The translations under genes were made by a program, and so were the position numbers. A DNA stretch of 64,000 nucleotides from assembly GCA_947447955.1 (NCBI GenBank), contig CANFLS010000002.1, positions 9,072 to 73,071 of the forward strand, in the 5' to 3' direction. Numbering within the stretch: the first letter of the stretch is position 1; every line of letters begins with the position of its first letter. The stretch is from Flavobacteriales bacterium (lineage in GTDB: Bacteria > Bacteroidota > Bacteroidia > NS11-12g > UBA955). Positions 52,600-63,634 of this stretch are shown one piece after another. The notes under the pieces are model-generated. The model had not been told where the DNA came from, did no database searches, and saw nothing but the letters and a program-made list of their open reading frames with translations.

Positions 52600-55430
52600 T
52601 CCTAATTTGTACTACGTTATTTGCTTCGGGTGATTATGGTCTAGAATTAGATTATAACAAAGGGTTGCCATCAACTGTTACAAGAAAAACATTCATAGAC
52701 AAAGAAGGTACTGTTTGGGTAGGCACAGATGCCGGCTTGGGCGTATTTCCTAAAATCAGCGCACCTAAAGTAATCATTGCTAAAAAAGTTGGCTTTAGTC
52801 AAGTCTGGGATATCATACAAAGGGAGAACCTCCTATACATTGCGAGTTATGATTCTGGATTGTTTATTTTCAATATCAATAGTGGAGATTTAATCAAACG
52901 ATATCGCTACAGCCAATATCCCAGAATTAGAAAATTTAAAGAAATTAATAACCGACTCTTTTTAATTGCGGGCAATGGTTTTTTTGAAATTTCAGGATTA
53001 AAAGTAAACTGTATATTGAATAAAGTGAAAAATAAATCTGAAGGCAAGAATATGCCAGTAGACATATTTTACTTTAACAAGCAGTTTTATGTAAGTTTTT
53101 ATGACAAGCAGCCATTATTGACTTGGAAAAATGAAAAGAAATGGGAAACTAATCCCGAAGACCCGCTGAATAAATATTTACTTCAAAATGGGAAATACAA
53201 AACGGTGATGACCACTATTGTTTTCCAAAACAAATTATTTGGCAGCACCGGATTCAATTCGTATTTCTCATTAGATGCAAATGGAAAAACAGAAACCTAC
53301 TCTTTTAAATATAAAAATAATGATAATTATGTGGTGTGGGATTTTGCAGCAACACATAACAAATTAATTTTAGCGGTTGGAAATACCAATAACCTTGAAA
53401 GCGGTTATTTGTATACACACAACGAATACCAAAAAACATTTGACATTAGCCAGCAGCCTAAAAAACCGTTCTTTTGGGGAGTCACCTATGATTCAATAAA
53501 CCATGGAATTTGGGCAAACTCAATACACAAAGGTGTTTATTATTATCCTCAATTTCAAAACAACATTGACTTACCATTTGCGGTTGAAGATTATTTTGAA
53601 AGTCAGAACTTTCAATTTGCTTGGAAAGCGAATGAACTCATTTTCAAAACCAAGCAGGGTTTGATTTGGGAGACGTTTAAAACAGAAACCAATATTCGGT
53701 CAGTGCAGGCATTCAACGGAAATATCATTATTCATTGCGAAGATGGAATTTGCATTTTTAATTCAAAACAGAAGAGTAAAATAAAACACATTTTCAGAAC
53801 AGCCTTTCAACACGTTTTTATTCAAAATGAAATTTTATATTGTATTAATTATTTTGGCCCTATTTGGAGTTATGACTTAAATAAAGAAAAAGTAATTAAT
53901 CATTTAGATCAGTCTATTACCTATTTCAATTCAATTGCCTCATCAAAACTATTTACCATATTGCATTCCGATAATCTAGGTTATTTTATTCTTCAAAATG
54001 ATTCAATTTATCATCTAACTGTAGATATACCGATTGATAAAAGTAAATTTAATTTTTATTTGGCTGGAAATGCAATGCTCATCCGAGACGGTCAAAATTT
54101 AATTTGCTGCGAAATTGATTTTATTCGAAAACGAATCAAAGCCAAAGAAACAATAAATCTGCAAAAGTTATTTCCAACAATTGAAATAACTTGGATTAAA
54201 GGCGATGAAAAAGGCTTGTGGCTGGGAAATAGCAACAATGCACTGCAATTTGCCATCAATCAAAAGAGCAAATACATAAAATTCTTAAATCAGTTTTACT
54301 TAGGCAATTCACAGGAAATTAATGACATACATTTTGAATCAACTTACTTGTATTTATTAAGAAATAATTATGTACAAAAAATCAATTTTTTAGAATCTCT
54401 GAAGCAAAATCAATTATTCAACTGCGTATTTGAAACATATCAAAATATTTCTGATTTTAAATTACCCTATTATAATCAGCGAGAGAACTTTCCCATTCGA
54501 TTAATTTCACCCAATTATATTCATGGCAATCACAGTGTATGTGAATTGATGTTATCAAATGACGATTCGATTTTGTTTCAAAATTTCAAAGAAACGCGCC
54601 TCCCAATTTGGATGAATGACATAAACGAGGGGTTATTTCAAATATCCATAAATACAATCAAATGGAAAAAGGGAATTCCTTTGAAAATAGAAAATCCTTT
54701 GTTAAGAAGAACGGAATTTTGGATTTTGGTCCTGATTGCCGCATTCATTTTCTTCTTCTTCATATACAACGAGCAATTTCAAAAATTTCAACTACAAGAG
54801 AAAATTATTGGATTAGAATTAAGCCGTTTGAAATCAAACATGAATCCACATTTCATTTTTAATGTAATGAATTTTGTACAAGCCATGATTGTCAAGGACA
54901 ACAAAACTATGGCGTTGAAGGCAACAACAAAACTGTCTCAAATAAACAGGTTGTTTTTGGAAACCTCAGAAAAAGATTTCATCAGTATCAAACAAGAATT
55001 AGAATTTGCAGATACCTATATCCAATTAGAAAAAATGCGCTTTGAAAGTGATAAAGAATTTGAATTTAATATTATTATTGAAGAGGGAATAAATATAGAA
55101 ATCTGGAATTTACCCCCCTTGATATTGCAGCCACTTTTAGAAAATGCGCTCAAACATGGTGTTTTACTAGAGAAAAAAGCAATTGGGTTTATATCTATTC
55201 ATATTACATCAACCTCGCCAAATGAAATCATCATTCATATTCAAAACAAAGGCTTAACGAGTGCATTTAAGCGCAAAATAGGCACTTCAAATGGCCAAAA
55301 GATGGTGCTTGAAAGAATTGGATTATTCAATAAGAAATTCAAGAAAATATCTAAAATCGATTTTTCAACAAGCTTTGAAGGTAAATATTACAATTGTTTC
55401 ATTTTAATCTCAAAAATCGATTCAAATTAA
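52530..55430 (+). CDS. Sensor histidine kinase: N-terminal periplasmic beta-propeller-like sensor, TM, LytS/YehU-type His_kinase + HATPase
   Basis: TM 'FWILVLIAAFIFFFFIY', then 'LSRLKSNMNPHFIFNVMNFV' (PF06580 H-box) and the C-terminal ATPase 'LILQPLLENALKHG'. The start is uncertain because the ORF overlaps the response-regulator gene end by 70 nt. Confidence 0.75.
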   Translation: MSKRWHTYKPFQNWKKNITGFFLVLICTTLFASGDYGLELDYNKGLPSTVTRKTFIDKEGTVWVGTDAGLGVFPKISAPKVIIAKKVGFSQVWDIIQRENLLYIASYDSGLFIFNINSGDLIKRYRYSQYPRIRKFKEINNRLFLIAGNGFFEISGLKVNCILNKVKNKSEGKNMPVDIFYFNKQFYVSFYDKQPLLTWKNEKKWETNPEDPLNKYLLQNGKYKTVMTTIVFQNKLFGSTGFNSYFSLDANGKTETYSFKYKNNDNYVVWDFAATHNKLILAVGNTNNLESGYLYTHNEYQKTFDISQQPKKPFFWGVTYDSINHGIWANSIHKGVYYYPQFQNNIDLPFAVEDYFESQNFQFAWKANELIFKTKQGLIWETFKTETNIRSVQAFNGNIIIHCEDGICIFNSKQKSKIKHIFRTAFQHVFIQNEILYCINYFGPIWSYDLNKEKVINHLDQSITYFNSIASSKLFTILHSDNLGYFILQNDSIYHLTVDIPIDKSKFNFYLAGNAMLIRDGQNLICCEIDFIRKRIKAKETINLQKLFPTIEITWIKGDEKGLWLGNSNNALQFAINQKSKYIKFLNQFYLGNSQEINDIHFESTYLYLLRNNYVQKINFLESLKQNQLFNCVFETYQNISDFKLPYYNQRENFPIRLISPNYIHGNHSVCELMLSNDDSILFQNFKETRLPIWMNDINEGLFQISINTIKWKKGIPLKIENPLLRRTEFWILVLIAAFIFFFFIYNEQFQKFQLQEKIIGLELSRLKSNMNPHFIFNVMNFVQAMIVKDNKTMALKATTKLSQINRLFLETSEKDFISIKQELEFADTYIQLEKMRFESDKEFEFNIIIEEGINIEIWNLPPLILQPLLENALKHGVLLEKKAIGFISIHITSTSPNEIIIHIQNKGLTSAFKRKIGTSNGQKMVLERIGLFNKKFKKISKIDFSTSFEGKYYNCFILISKIDSN

Positions 55431-56716
55431 CCATTTATCTTGTACATGAATTCCTTAGGCTTCTTGGGATTGAGAACTTTCTCAATTTTCCCAGGATAAT
55501 TTTGATTCACTTCGTTAATTATTTGACTTCTCTTGATTTTTCTAACTTGGCTAGAGTAATGATAAATTCGAAAAATCAAATCAATTTCTTGCTCTGAATA
55601 TGCATTGTCTTTAAGCGTATCCAAGTAACCAAAAATATTTATTTCTTCTTCTAAATGTCTGTATTGATTCAGTATTTTTTTGTTATAAATTCCACCTGTA
55701 CTAAAAAAATGATACCCGAGAAACATAACCAACATCAATAAAACTAAGATAAAGTATTTGTATGAAAAATCAGACCACTCAAATTTAGGATTTAAAGGAG
55801 TCCAGTTTTCGAATTTAAATTCTTCAAAACAGTACAATTCAATATAGTTATCTAAGTTAATTCTTTCAATGGAAAGATCTGGCAAAACACTCACTAGTTC
55901 GTTTCCAATTAGAAATCTATAAAATGAGTCTACGAAATCTATTCTTTGCGTATTCGACTCATGATAGAGAGACGGCCCCGAACCATTTTTGTACATTGTT
56001 TTTTTTGATTTGTCAAAAATATACATGATAGAATTGGGGGTTCCATAAATGATATATTTTGAAAATTGATTGTTATACCCCACAGAACAGGCTTGGATTT
56101 CAGTATTTGGGCTCTCACTTTTAAATTCTAAAAACTGAAGTTTTTTCAAATCTAAAATATAACAATTGGCATTTATCGAAGTTCCTTTTAAGCTAACATG
56201 GTGTCTAATTGTTCCATAAATGTAAATAGAATCACCCTGAAGCACCGACATCAAGGGCTTCCCAATTAAATACACATCGTTTTTCACCATCACCAATTCC
56301 CACTCTTTGGTGCGTTTGTCGAACCTAATTAATTTGGCATGGTCATTCCAAAACCCATATCCCCCAAAAGCATAAATTTCACCTTTATACAGAAACAAAT
56401 GGCGCACAAAATTGTGTCCATGAAACTGAGAATGATCTAAGCGTATAAATGTATTTCTAGAGGGTAAATATGAATATAAATAATGCGTTCCATCGGGATT
56501 TAAAAACATGGAATCACCTGAAATTAGATAATCTGTTTCACCAATTGCTGAATGACTCAAACTATTAGTTTCGGCATTGGCCTTGTTTAAGATTTTGGTA
56601 ATTTCAACCGGAGTATAATTAAATGCAAATCCTTGATTATAGATAAATAGCATAGCCATAATCAAAAAAAGTAATTTTTGAGTTTGGCGGCTGTTATATT
56701 TAGTTTTCAAGTTCAT
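55427..56716 (-). CDS. Hypothetical membrane protein with Kelch-like repeat motifs
   Basis: Signal peptide, 'IYAFGGYGFWND' Kelch-like motif, internal TM 'YFILVLLMLVMFLGY'. Confidence 0.4.
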   Translation of the reverse strand: MNLKTKYNSRQTQKLLFLIMAMLFIYNQGFAFNYTPVEITKILNKANAETNSLSHSAIGETDYLISGDSMFLNPDGTHYLYSYLPSRNTFIRLDHSQFHGHNFVRHLFLYKGEIYAFGGYGFWNDHAKLIRFDKRTKEWELVMVKNDVYLIGKPLMSVLQGDSIYIYGTIRHHVSLKGTSINANCYILDLKKLQFLEFKSESPNTEIQACSVGYNNQFSKYIIYGTPNSIMYIFDKSKKTMYKNGSGPSLYHESNTQRIDFVDSFYRFLIGNELVSVLPDLSIERINLDNYIELYCFEEFKFENWTPLNPKFEWSDFSYKYFILVLLMLVMFLGYHFFSTGGIYNKKILNQYRHLEEEINIFGYLDTLKDNAYSEQEIDLIFRIYHYSSQVRKIKRSQIINEVNQNYPGKIEKVLNPKKPKEFMYKING

Positions 56717-56927
56717 TGTTTGAACAAATGTATTAAATAAACATCTGTTTATTGTTTTGACTTTTTGCTTATTTCCGTCAATATTTTGATATCCATAACA
56801 GAAACCTCACCCATCAATTCCCAAATTGTTAATATTCTATATTTTACATATTTAAAATAGCTACATAACAATCAATTTTCAAAACATAATAATATCTAAC
56901 ATTCAAAGTTGTAAATTTGTATTACCA

Positions 56928-57710
56928 ATGTCGCACCAAAAACCTTTAATTTTAATTAGCAATGACGATGGAATTACCGCACCCGGTATTCAAGCACTCA
57001 TTGATGTGATGAAAGAAATTGGCGAAGTAATTGTAGTTGCTCCTGATAAGCCGCAAAGCGCAATGGGACATGCCATTACCATTAACCAACCTATTCGCAT
57101 TACCGAAGTACATATTCATGAAGGAGTAATCGCTTATCAATGTACGGGTACACCCGTTGACTGTGTGAAAATTGCCATTGACAAAATTCTTCCTAGAAAA
57201 CCCGATTTAATGGTTTCTGGAATCAATCACGGTTCAAATTCATCTATCAATGTTATTTATTCCGGCACCATGTCGGCCGCAGTTGAAGCATCTATCGATG
57301 GAATGAAAGCCATTGGATTTTCTCTTTGCGATTATGCTTGGGATGCCGATTTTGAATCGATCAAACCCTACATCAAAACCATTGCACTTGAAACCCTAAA
57401 AAATGGTTTGCCTTATGGTACTTTGTTAAATGTAAATATTCCAGTTCCTGCTGATAAAAATATTTTAGGCATTAAAATTTGCCGTCAAGCTCAAGCAAAA
57501 TGGAAGGAAGATTTCGACCGCCGTCAAGATCCTTTTGGACGCGATTATTTCTGGATGACAGGGCAGTTTGTGAATATGGACAAAGGAGAAGATACAGATC
57601 AATGGGCACTTGATCATGGATATATTTCTATAGTGCCAACTATGTATGACCTCACCGACCACCAAAGAATTGGGTCGCTTAATCAATGGAACCTCAATGG
57701 AACAACTTAA
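56928..57710 (+). CDS. surE: 5'/3'-nucleotidase SurE
   Basis: 'ILISNDDGITAPGIQAL' N-terminal DD motif and overall SurE similarity. 260 aa. Confidence 0.85.
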   Translation: MSHQKPLILISNDDGITAPGIQALIDVMKEIGEVIVVAPDKPQSAMGHAITINQPIRITEVHIHEGVIAYQCTGTPVDCVKIAIDKILPRKPDLMVSGINHGSNSSINVIYSGTMSAAVEASIDGMKAIGFSLCDYAWDADFESIKPYIKTIALETLKNGLPYGTLLNVNIPVPADKNILGIKICRQAQAKWKEDFDRRQDPFGRDYFWMTGQFVNMDKGEDTDQWALDHGYISIVPTMYDLTDHQRIGSLNQWNLNGTT

Positions 57711-57720
57711 CCTAAAACAA

Positions 57721-57996
57721 ATGGCTATAGGATTTATTATTGGATTAATAATTCCTTTTTTACTAGGTACCGGAATTGCAACTGTTATGCACATCCATGC
57801 CGAAACATTCATCAAGAGCATTATTCATTTAAGACATGTTTACAACACCCCGTTTCAAGTTGGAGTAGCTGGAAATATTGGTTTGTTTTTCTATTTAATG
57901 AAATACGATAAAATGATTTTCTTTAATAGGGGATTGTTAATCGCTACAATGCTGATGGCCATTTTAGCCATGATTATTGAATTGCAATCATTCTAA
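57721..57996 (+). CDS. Small hypothetical membrane protein
   Basis: Three hydrophobic helices. The stop overlaps the lpxB start. Confidence 0.35.
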   Translation: MAIGFIIGLIIPFLLGTGIATVMHIHAETFIKSIIHLRHVYNTPFQVGVAGNIGLFFYLMKYDKMIFFNRGLLIATMLMAILAMIIELQSF

Positions 57997-59126
57997 TGAA
58001 ACTCTTTTTTGTAGCAGGAGAAGCCTCCGGCGACCAACATGGCTCTCGTTTGATAGCCAAAATCAAATCACTTGACCCATCTATTGAAATGGTGGCTTGG
58101 GGCGGAGATTTGATGCAAAATGAAGGCGCCAAATTGCTTTCTCACTACAAAAACAGGGCTTATATGGGCTTGGTTGAAGTATTGAAAAACATACGTGCAA
58201 TTAAAGGCTATATGAAGCAAGCCAAAGCAGATATTCTTGCCGAAAAGCCCGATGCCATTATATTCATTGACAATCCAGGTTTCAATTTACCCTTGGCACA
58301 GTTTGCCAAAAAACACGACATTGCTGTTCATTGGTACATTGCTCCAAAAGCTTGGGCTTGGAACAAAAGCAGGGTGAAAACCATGCGCAAATGCATTGAT
58401 CACCTTTACGTGATTTTTCCTTTTGAAGTTTCTTTTTTTGAGGGACTTGGGATGCCTTGCACCTATGTTGGAAACCCTACCCTTGAATCGGTGTTGGAAT
58501 TTCAACAAGTCCAACCAAAACAACCCGATTTCATAGGATTAAATCCAGATAAACCTACCATTGCTATTTTAGCAGGAAGCCGCAAAAACGAAGTCTCTAC
58601 CCTGTTGCCCAATTTCATCAAGGCAGCGAATCAAATTGGCAATGCAAATGTAGTTGTTGCCGGTGCTCCCGGTTTGGATATGGAATTTTACAATGATATT
58701 TTAAATACCCATCAGTTAACAGCAAGCATTGTATTTGGTAAAACTTTTGAAATTTTAAGTCAAGCACATCAAACCAAAGGATTTGCCTTGGTGGCAAGTG
58801 GTACGGCAACTTTAGAAACAGCTTTGTTTAAAGTACCGCAAGTGGTTGCTTACAAGGTAAATAAAATTACTTATTTCGTTGGTAAACGTCTTTTGAAAAT
58901 ACCTTACGTGTCTCTGGTAAATATTTTGTTGCAACGCCAATTGGTAGAAGAGCATTTACAAGATATTGAGGTCAAAACGCTCACGAATGCCATTACCCGT
59001 TTGCAAACTCCTTCATCATTAGAAACGATCAACAAAGGATATATTGAGCTTTGGAACATGCTTATTTCGAAGGGACAAGACGTAAGTAAAAACGTAGCAG
59101 AAAATATCTTAAAGTCATTTAATTAG
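57996..59126 (+). CDS. lpxB: Lipid-A-disaccharide synthase
   Basis: 'MKLFFVAGEASGDQHGSRLI' N-terminus and GT-B fold similarity throughout. 376 aa. Confidence 0.85.
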   Translation: MKLFFVAGEASGDQHGSRLIAKIKSLDPSIEMVAWGGDLMQNEGAKLLSHYKNRAYMGLVEVLKNIRAIKGYMKQAKADILAEKPDAIIFIDNPGFNLPLAQFAKKHDIAVHWYIAPKAWAWNKSRVKTMRKCIDHLYVIFPFEVSFFEGLGMPCTYVGNPTLESVLEFQQVQPKQPDFIGLNPDKPTIAILAGSRKNEVSTLLPNFIKAANQIGNANVVVAGAPGLDMEFYNDILNTHQLTASIVFGKTFEILSQAHQTKGFALVASGTATLETALFKVPQVVAYKVNKITYFVGKRLLKIPYVSLVNILLQRQLVEEHLQDIEVKTLTNAITRLQTPSSLETINKGYIELWNMLISKGQDVSKNVAENILKSFN

Positions 59127-59171
59127 TTAAATTTCTATTTAACAAAACCTTTTCCCTATTTTTGCCACAGA

Positions 59172-59248
<77 letters not shown>

Positions 59249-59264
59249 CCCAAATTTTCAATTT

Positions 59265-59795
59265 ATGTTATCTACCATTTTCACCATCGTAGGTAGTGTT
59301 TTTGCACTTATCCTCTTATTGGCCTTAATTATGCCAAAAAAATCAACCATCATTGCCGATATTGACATTGAATTAGGGAAAGATCAAGTGTTTGAATATG
59401 TAAAACTTATGACAAACCAAAAGTACTTTAACAAATGGGTTATGGCCGATCCAAATTCAGAAATGGTATATACTGGTGAAGATGCCAAAGTTGGTTTTAA
59501 AGTTTACTGGAATAGCAAAAACAACAACGTTGGCGAGGGAGAACAAGAAATCATTGAAATTGTAGAAGGTGAAAAAATGAAAGTTGAAATTAGGTTTGTG
59601 CGTCCAATGCAAGGAACGAGTTATTCAACTACCACCACAACAATGAAATCTGAGAACTTAACAAATGTGAACTTAACATTTGAATCTACCAGTAAAATTC
59701 CGTTCAACGTAATGTCTGCCTTGTTTGTTCCAATGCTTAGAAAAGACATGAATCAAACACTTTCAAATTTGAAAGCGTTATTAGAAAAAAAATAG
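59265..59795 (+). CDS. SRPBCC-superfamily (START/Bet v1-like) membrane-anchored protein
   Basis: N-terminal TM 'IFTIVGSVFALILLLALIM', followed by about 150 aa with an SRPBCC-like secondary-structure pattern. Low certainty. Confidence 0.35.
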   Translation: MLSTIFTIVGSVFALILLLALIMPKKSTIIADIDIELGKDQVFEYVKLMTNQKYFNKWVMADPNSEMVYTGEDAKVGFKVYWNSKNNNVGEGEQEIIEIVEGEKMKVEIRFVRPMQGTSYSTTTTTMKSENLTNVNLTFESTSKIPFNVMSALFVPMLRKDMNQTLSNLKALLEKK

Positions 59796-59800
59796 GCTTC

Positions 59801-60274
59801 TTACAACCCCAAATGTTTCATGTACAGCGTTGCGCATGCTTCGGCATCGCTTAAGGCATCGTGGTGATTCAGGTGGATACCGTATTCATCGCACAATTTT
59901 TTCAAGCCTTTTTTAAAGATTACATAGGTGCACTTTTTCACATACTTCGGATGGGGCAACTGATAAAAATCTAATACTTTCGCCAAGCAAGTAAAATCAA
60001 ATTTACCGTTGTGGGCCACAACCGTTTGTCCCTCAAAAAAATGTGAAATATCATCCCAAACTTCATCAAAAGTGGGTGCATTTCTGGTATTCATTGCCGT
60101 AATGCCATGCACTTTGGTATTCCAATAATGGTACTCGTTATTTGGAGGCTGCACCAAAATAGAAACCCTTTCGGTAACAACGCCAAACATCACTTTTACA
60201 ATCCCAATTTGGCAAACGCTATAACCGTTGCTATTGGCTGTTTCAAAATCTAGGGCCGTAAAAATGTGGCTCAT
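59801..60274 (-). CDS. DEDDh 3'-5' exonuclease domain protein (DnaQ-like)
   Basis: Exo I 'LDFETAN', Exo II 'VAHNGKFDFTCL', Exo III 'HHDALSDAEA'. Confidence 0.8.
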   Translation of the reverse strand: MSHIFTALDFETANSNGYSVCQIGIVKVMFGVVTERVSILVQPPNNEYHYWNTKVHGITAMNTRNAPTFDEVWDDISHFFEGQTVVAHNGKFDFTCLAKVLDFYQLPHPKYVKKCTYVIFKKGLKKLCDEYGIHLNHHDALSDAEACATLYMKHLGL

Positions 60275-60787
60275 TTAATCCTTTTTTTCTTTGAGTTCTT
60301 TTCTCTTCCTTGGAGAAATTAAACTGTCTGCTGGATACTGACGTTTCATGCTATCTAAAACACCATGCGCCCAAAGTTCAAATTCATGCTTTTGCAAATC
60401 GGTTAAAACTGCAACTTTATGAATAAACGTATAACTTTCTAAAGGCATTTCGCCTTCTGTAATTTCGTCTAAACACTCTTCAATTTTATGGAACTGTTTC
60501 CAAGGTCTATAATTTTGAAACTCATAAATGTTGAAGTGCTCTTTACCCTCCTCAATGTGATCGGCCAACCAAAATTTAACCGGTTGAATCTTCGAATACC
60601 AAGGGTATTCTGTATTGTTAGAATGGCAGTCGTAACACGACGTTCTCAAGATGTTTTTAAATGTATTTGAAGTTGGATACATTGTATACAACTCAGGATC
60701 TTTTTGATCAGATACATTTTTTTCTGAGGGAATAAGTTGGATCAAAGCGAAAACCGCAATGATTCCTAAGAGAACTTTCTTTAGCAT
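60275..60787 (-). CDS. Heme-binding domain (PF14376-like) protein
   Basis: 'CYDCHSNNTEYPWYSK' motif after an N-terminal anchor. Confidence 0.6.
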   Translation of the reverse strand: MLKKVLLGIIAVFALIQLIPSEKNVSDQKDPELYTMYPTSNTFKNILRTSCYDCHSNNTEYPWYSKIQPVKFWLADHIEEGKEHFNIYEFQNYRPWKQFHKIEECLDEITEGEMPLESYTFIHKVAVLTDLQKHEFELWAHGVLDSMKRQYPADSLISPRKRKELKEKKD

Positions 60788-61254
60788 AATCTATTTACCC
60801 AAATATCGGTATTTTCTTTGATAATTTGAAATACATTTTCAAAACCTTCATCGCCACCAAACCAAGGATCAGGGACATCGGCTCCCGGATTTTCCACATC
60901 AAAAGTTCTAAATAATTTCACTTTTGCCCTTTGCTCATCGTTCATGCACATTTTCAAAACACGCTGATTGATACTGTCGTCCATGGTTAGAATTAAATCA
61001 AAGTCAGTAATATCTGATAATTTAATTCTACGGCTAACATGAGGTATATTAATACCATGAATCATGGCATTTCTTCTTGTTCTTACATCTGCACGCTCGC
61101 CATCGTGCAATCCATTGGTGCCACAAGAATCAATTTTAAATTGATTTACTAAATTTCTAGATTCAATTTCCGATTGAAACAAAGCCTCAGCCAATGGGCT
61201 TCGACAAATATTACCCAAACAAACAAAGAGGATGCGTTGCACTTTCTGACTCAC
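60781..61254 (-). CDS. Low-molecular-weight protein-tyrosine phosphatase
   Basis: P-loop 'CLGNICRSP' (CX5R), plus a downstream Asp general acid in 'GTNGLHDGE'. Confidence 0.85.
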   Translation of the reverse strand: MSQKVQRILFVCLGNICRSPLAEALFQSEIESRNLVNQFKIDSCGTNGLHDGERADVRTRRNAMIHGINIPHVSRRIKLSDITDFDLILTMDDSINQRVLKMCMNDEQRAKVKLFRTFDVENPGADVPDPWFGGDEGFENVFQIIKENTDIWVNRLC

Positions 61255-61282
61255 ACAGCAAAGTTACTGCAAGAAATTGATA

Positions 61283-62377
61283 TTATTTCTTTAGCTCTTT
61301 GATTGTGCCTTGTGGCGTAATCAAGAGTATTTCCGTTTCCTTTTGAACTTTGGTATTGTGATAAACAGTTGGTACAATTTTGTATTTCACTTCCAAAGAA
61401 TACACAAACTGAATCCCTGGTTTTAATGGCGAAGGATTCACAACGATATCAAATCCATCGCTTGAAATCTGGTTATAAAACAAGGTTGATCTGCTGTTGT
61501 TCGTTGGCATTGCCATTTTAGAAGCATCGCTAGACGATTCATCATCCAATGTACTCACCGCCAAAGGCGAATAAGACACATACTGATCTACCGGAAAATT
61601 CTGAGCTTGTTGTTCTGTAATGGTTCTAAAATTAGTATCCAGTTGCACACCCAATTTGGCATAATATTTCAATTTCTTCTGCAAAATCAATTGTGCCTTT
61701 TCTCTGATGATGGCATTCGCAACTTCGGTAGAATCGAATTGATATTCAACCTTTACCAAATCATAAATTTCACATTGTGCAGCCATTGAGAACAATTGAT
61801 CTAATTGAGCTGGGTCGCGATAACGAACATGCAAATTCTTTTGAATTTCAAATCCTTTAGGAACCTGGATATATGATTTAGAAAATGTTTTTTTCTCTCT
61901 TTCAAAAATTGGAACCAATGCAATCATATCTAAGTAAAAATTGTCTTTTTTTACCCCAATTTTATTCGCCAACGAAACGAATTTATTCACCCTCCATTGC
62001 AACAAACTATCCAATTCTTGGATTTTCTTACCCGCTTGATTCAAATGAAAAATGGCAGTATAATTATTTGGAACTGCATTGTACAATACATTTACTTTCA
62101 CTACATAATCATTACCGCTAGAATAAGAACTGTAATTGTTTGTTACTTGTTGCATCAATGCCTTATCGTCATTTTGATATCCATTGTTGTATCCATTGTT
62201 GTATCCATTATTCCCAGCAACTCCAGCATCACTTCTACCCTTCGACTTGGCTTTAGATTGATACATTTCGCTGTTTTTAAAGCGGTTGTTTTCATTATAA
62301 GCGGCATTGCCAGAAACTTGTGCCGAAAGAGAAATTGTTGCAAAAAGCGCAACAAAAAACAGATATATTTTTTGCAT
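61283..62377 (-). CDS. Hypothetical secreted protein (possibly SIMPL/DUF541-like)
   Basis: Signal peptide 'MQKIYLFFVALFATISLSAQ' and an N-terminal 'NGYNNGYNNGY' low-complexity stretch. Confidence 0.35.
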   Translation of the reverse strand: MQKIYLFFVALFATISLSAQVSGNAAYNENNRFKNSEMYQSKAKSKGRSDAGVAGNNGYNNGYNNGYQNDDKALMQQVTNNYSSYSSGNDYVVKVNVLYNAVPNNYTAIFHLNQAGKKIQELDSLLQWRVNKFVSLANKIGVKKDNFYLDMIALVPIFEREKKTFSKSYIQVPKGFEIQKNLHVRYRDPAQLDQLFSMAAQCEIYDLVKVEYQFDSTEVANAIIREKAQLILQKKLKYYAKLGVQLDTNFRTITEQQAQNFPVDQYVSYSPLAVSTLDDESSSDASKMAMPTNNSRSTLFYNQISSDGFDIVVNPSPLKPGIQFVYSLEVKYKIVPTVYHNTKVQKETEILLITPQGTIKELKK

Positions 62378-62467
62378 AATTTTAAAACGTATTTACTTAG
62401 ATTAAGTTACAAGTTAATAACGAACAAATCCCAAAACAATTGTTCACTTCACAATAGAATTTGGGTT

Positions 62468-63634
62468 TTAGTATTCTAAACTGCCCCAAGCACCTTCAAT
62501 GGTCAATTTTTTGCCTGAATGTCCCTCAACAAAACCAATAATTTGTGCTTCTACCCCAAATGATTTAGAAATGGCAATCATGGTTTCGGCAGATTTGGCA
62601 TCGGTATAAATCTCTAATCTATGTCCCATATTAAATACTTGGAACATTTCTCTCCAATCGGTACCGCTTTGGGTTTTAATCAAATCAAACAATGGAGGAA
62701 TTGGCATCAAGTTGTTTTTCATAATGTGCACATTGTCGGCAAAATGCAAAACTTTTGTTTGTGCACCACCCGAACAATGAATCATACCTTTCACTACTTC
62801 CCTGCCGCATTCGTCAAATATCTTTTTCACAATTGGGGCGTATGTTCTGGTTGGCGACAACACCAATTTACCTGCGTTTAAAGGAGAACCTTCAACCGCA
62901 TCGGTTAGTTTCATGTTGCCACAATAAACCACATCTTCTGGTAAATCGGTGTTGTAAGATTCAGGATATTTCTCACGGTATTCTTTTGAAAAAACATCAT
63001 GGCGGGCGCTGGTTAAACCATTGCTTCCCATTCCACCGTTATATTCGGTTTCGTAAGTAGCTTGTCCATAACTAGAAAAAGCCACAATTACTTGTCCATC
63101 AGCAATATTTGAATTGTCAATGATATCAGAACGCTTTCCATGGGCTACAAGGGTAGAATCAACAATGATTGTTCTAACCAAATCTCCAACATCGGCGGTT
63201 TCACCACCAGTTGCATGGATTTCAATGCCATGCTCACGCATGCTTTGGCAAAACATTTCTGATCCCTCAATCAAAGAAGAAATAACTTCACCAGGAATTA
63301 GGTTCTTGTTTCGGCCAATGGTACTCGACAATAAAAATGGGCCAGTTAATCCAGCACATAGCAAATCGTCGGTATTCATTACAATGGCATCTTGAGAAAT
63401 GCCTTTCCAAACCGACATATCGCCAGTTTCTTTCCAATAAATATAGGCCAAACTGCTTTTGGTACCTGCTCCATCGGCATGCACAATGGTACAAGCATTT
63501 GGGTCGTTGCTCAAGTAATCGGGAATAACCTTACAAAACGCTTTGGGAAACAATCCTTTATCTATGTTTTTGATGGCGTTGTGTACATCTTCTTTTTGCG
63601 AAGAAACTCCCCTACGAGAATATTTATCAGACAT
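62468..63634 (-). CDS. purM: Phosphoribosylformylglycinamidine cyclo-ligase (AIR synthase), Bacteroidota-type
   Basis: 'MSDKYSRRGVSSQKEDVHNAIKNIDKGLFPKAFCKV...HADGAGTKS' matches the Bacteroidota PurM N-terminus as I recall it. The ORF extends to 63655, and I placed the start at 'MSDKY'. Confidence 0.65.
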   Translation of the reverse strand: MSDKYSRRGVSSQKEDVHNAIKNIDKGLFPKAFCKVIPDYLSNDPNACTIVHADGAGTKSSLAYIYWKETGDMSVWKGISQDAIVMNTDDLLCAGLTGPFLLSSTIGRNKNLIPGEVISSLIEGSEMFCQSMREHGIEIHATGGETADVGDLVRTIIVDSTLVAHGKRSDIIDNSNIADGQVIVAFSSYGQATYETEYNGGMGSNGLTSARHDVFSKEYREKYPESYNTDLPEDVVYCGNMKLTDAVEGSPLNAGKLVLSPTRTYAPIVKKIFDECGREVVKGMIHCSGGAQTKVLHFADNVHIMKNNLMPIPPLFDLIKTQSGTDWREMFQVFNMGHRLEIYTDAKSAETMIAISKSFGVEAQIIGFVEGHSGKKLTIEGAWGSLEY

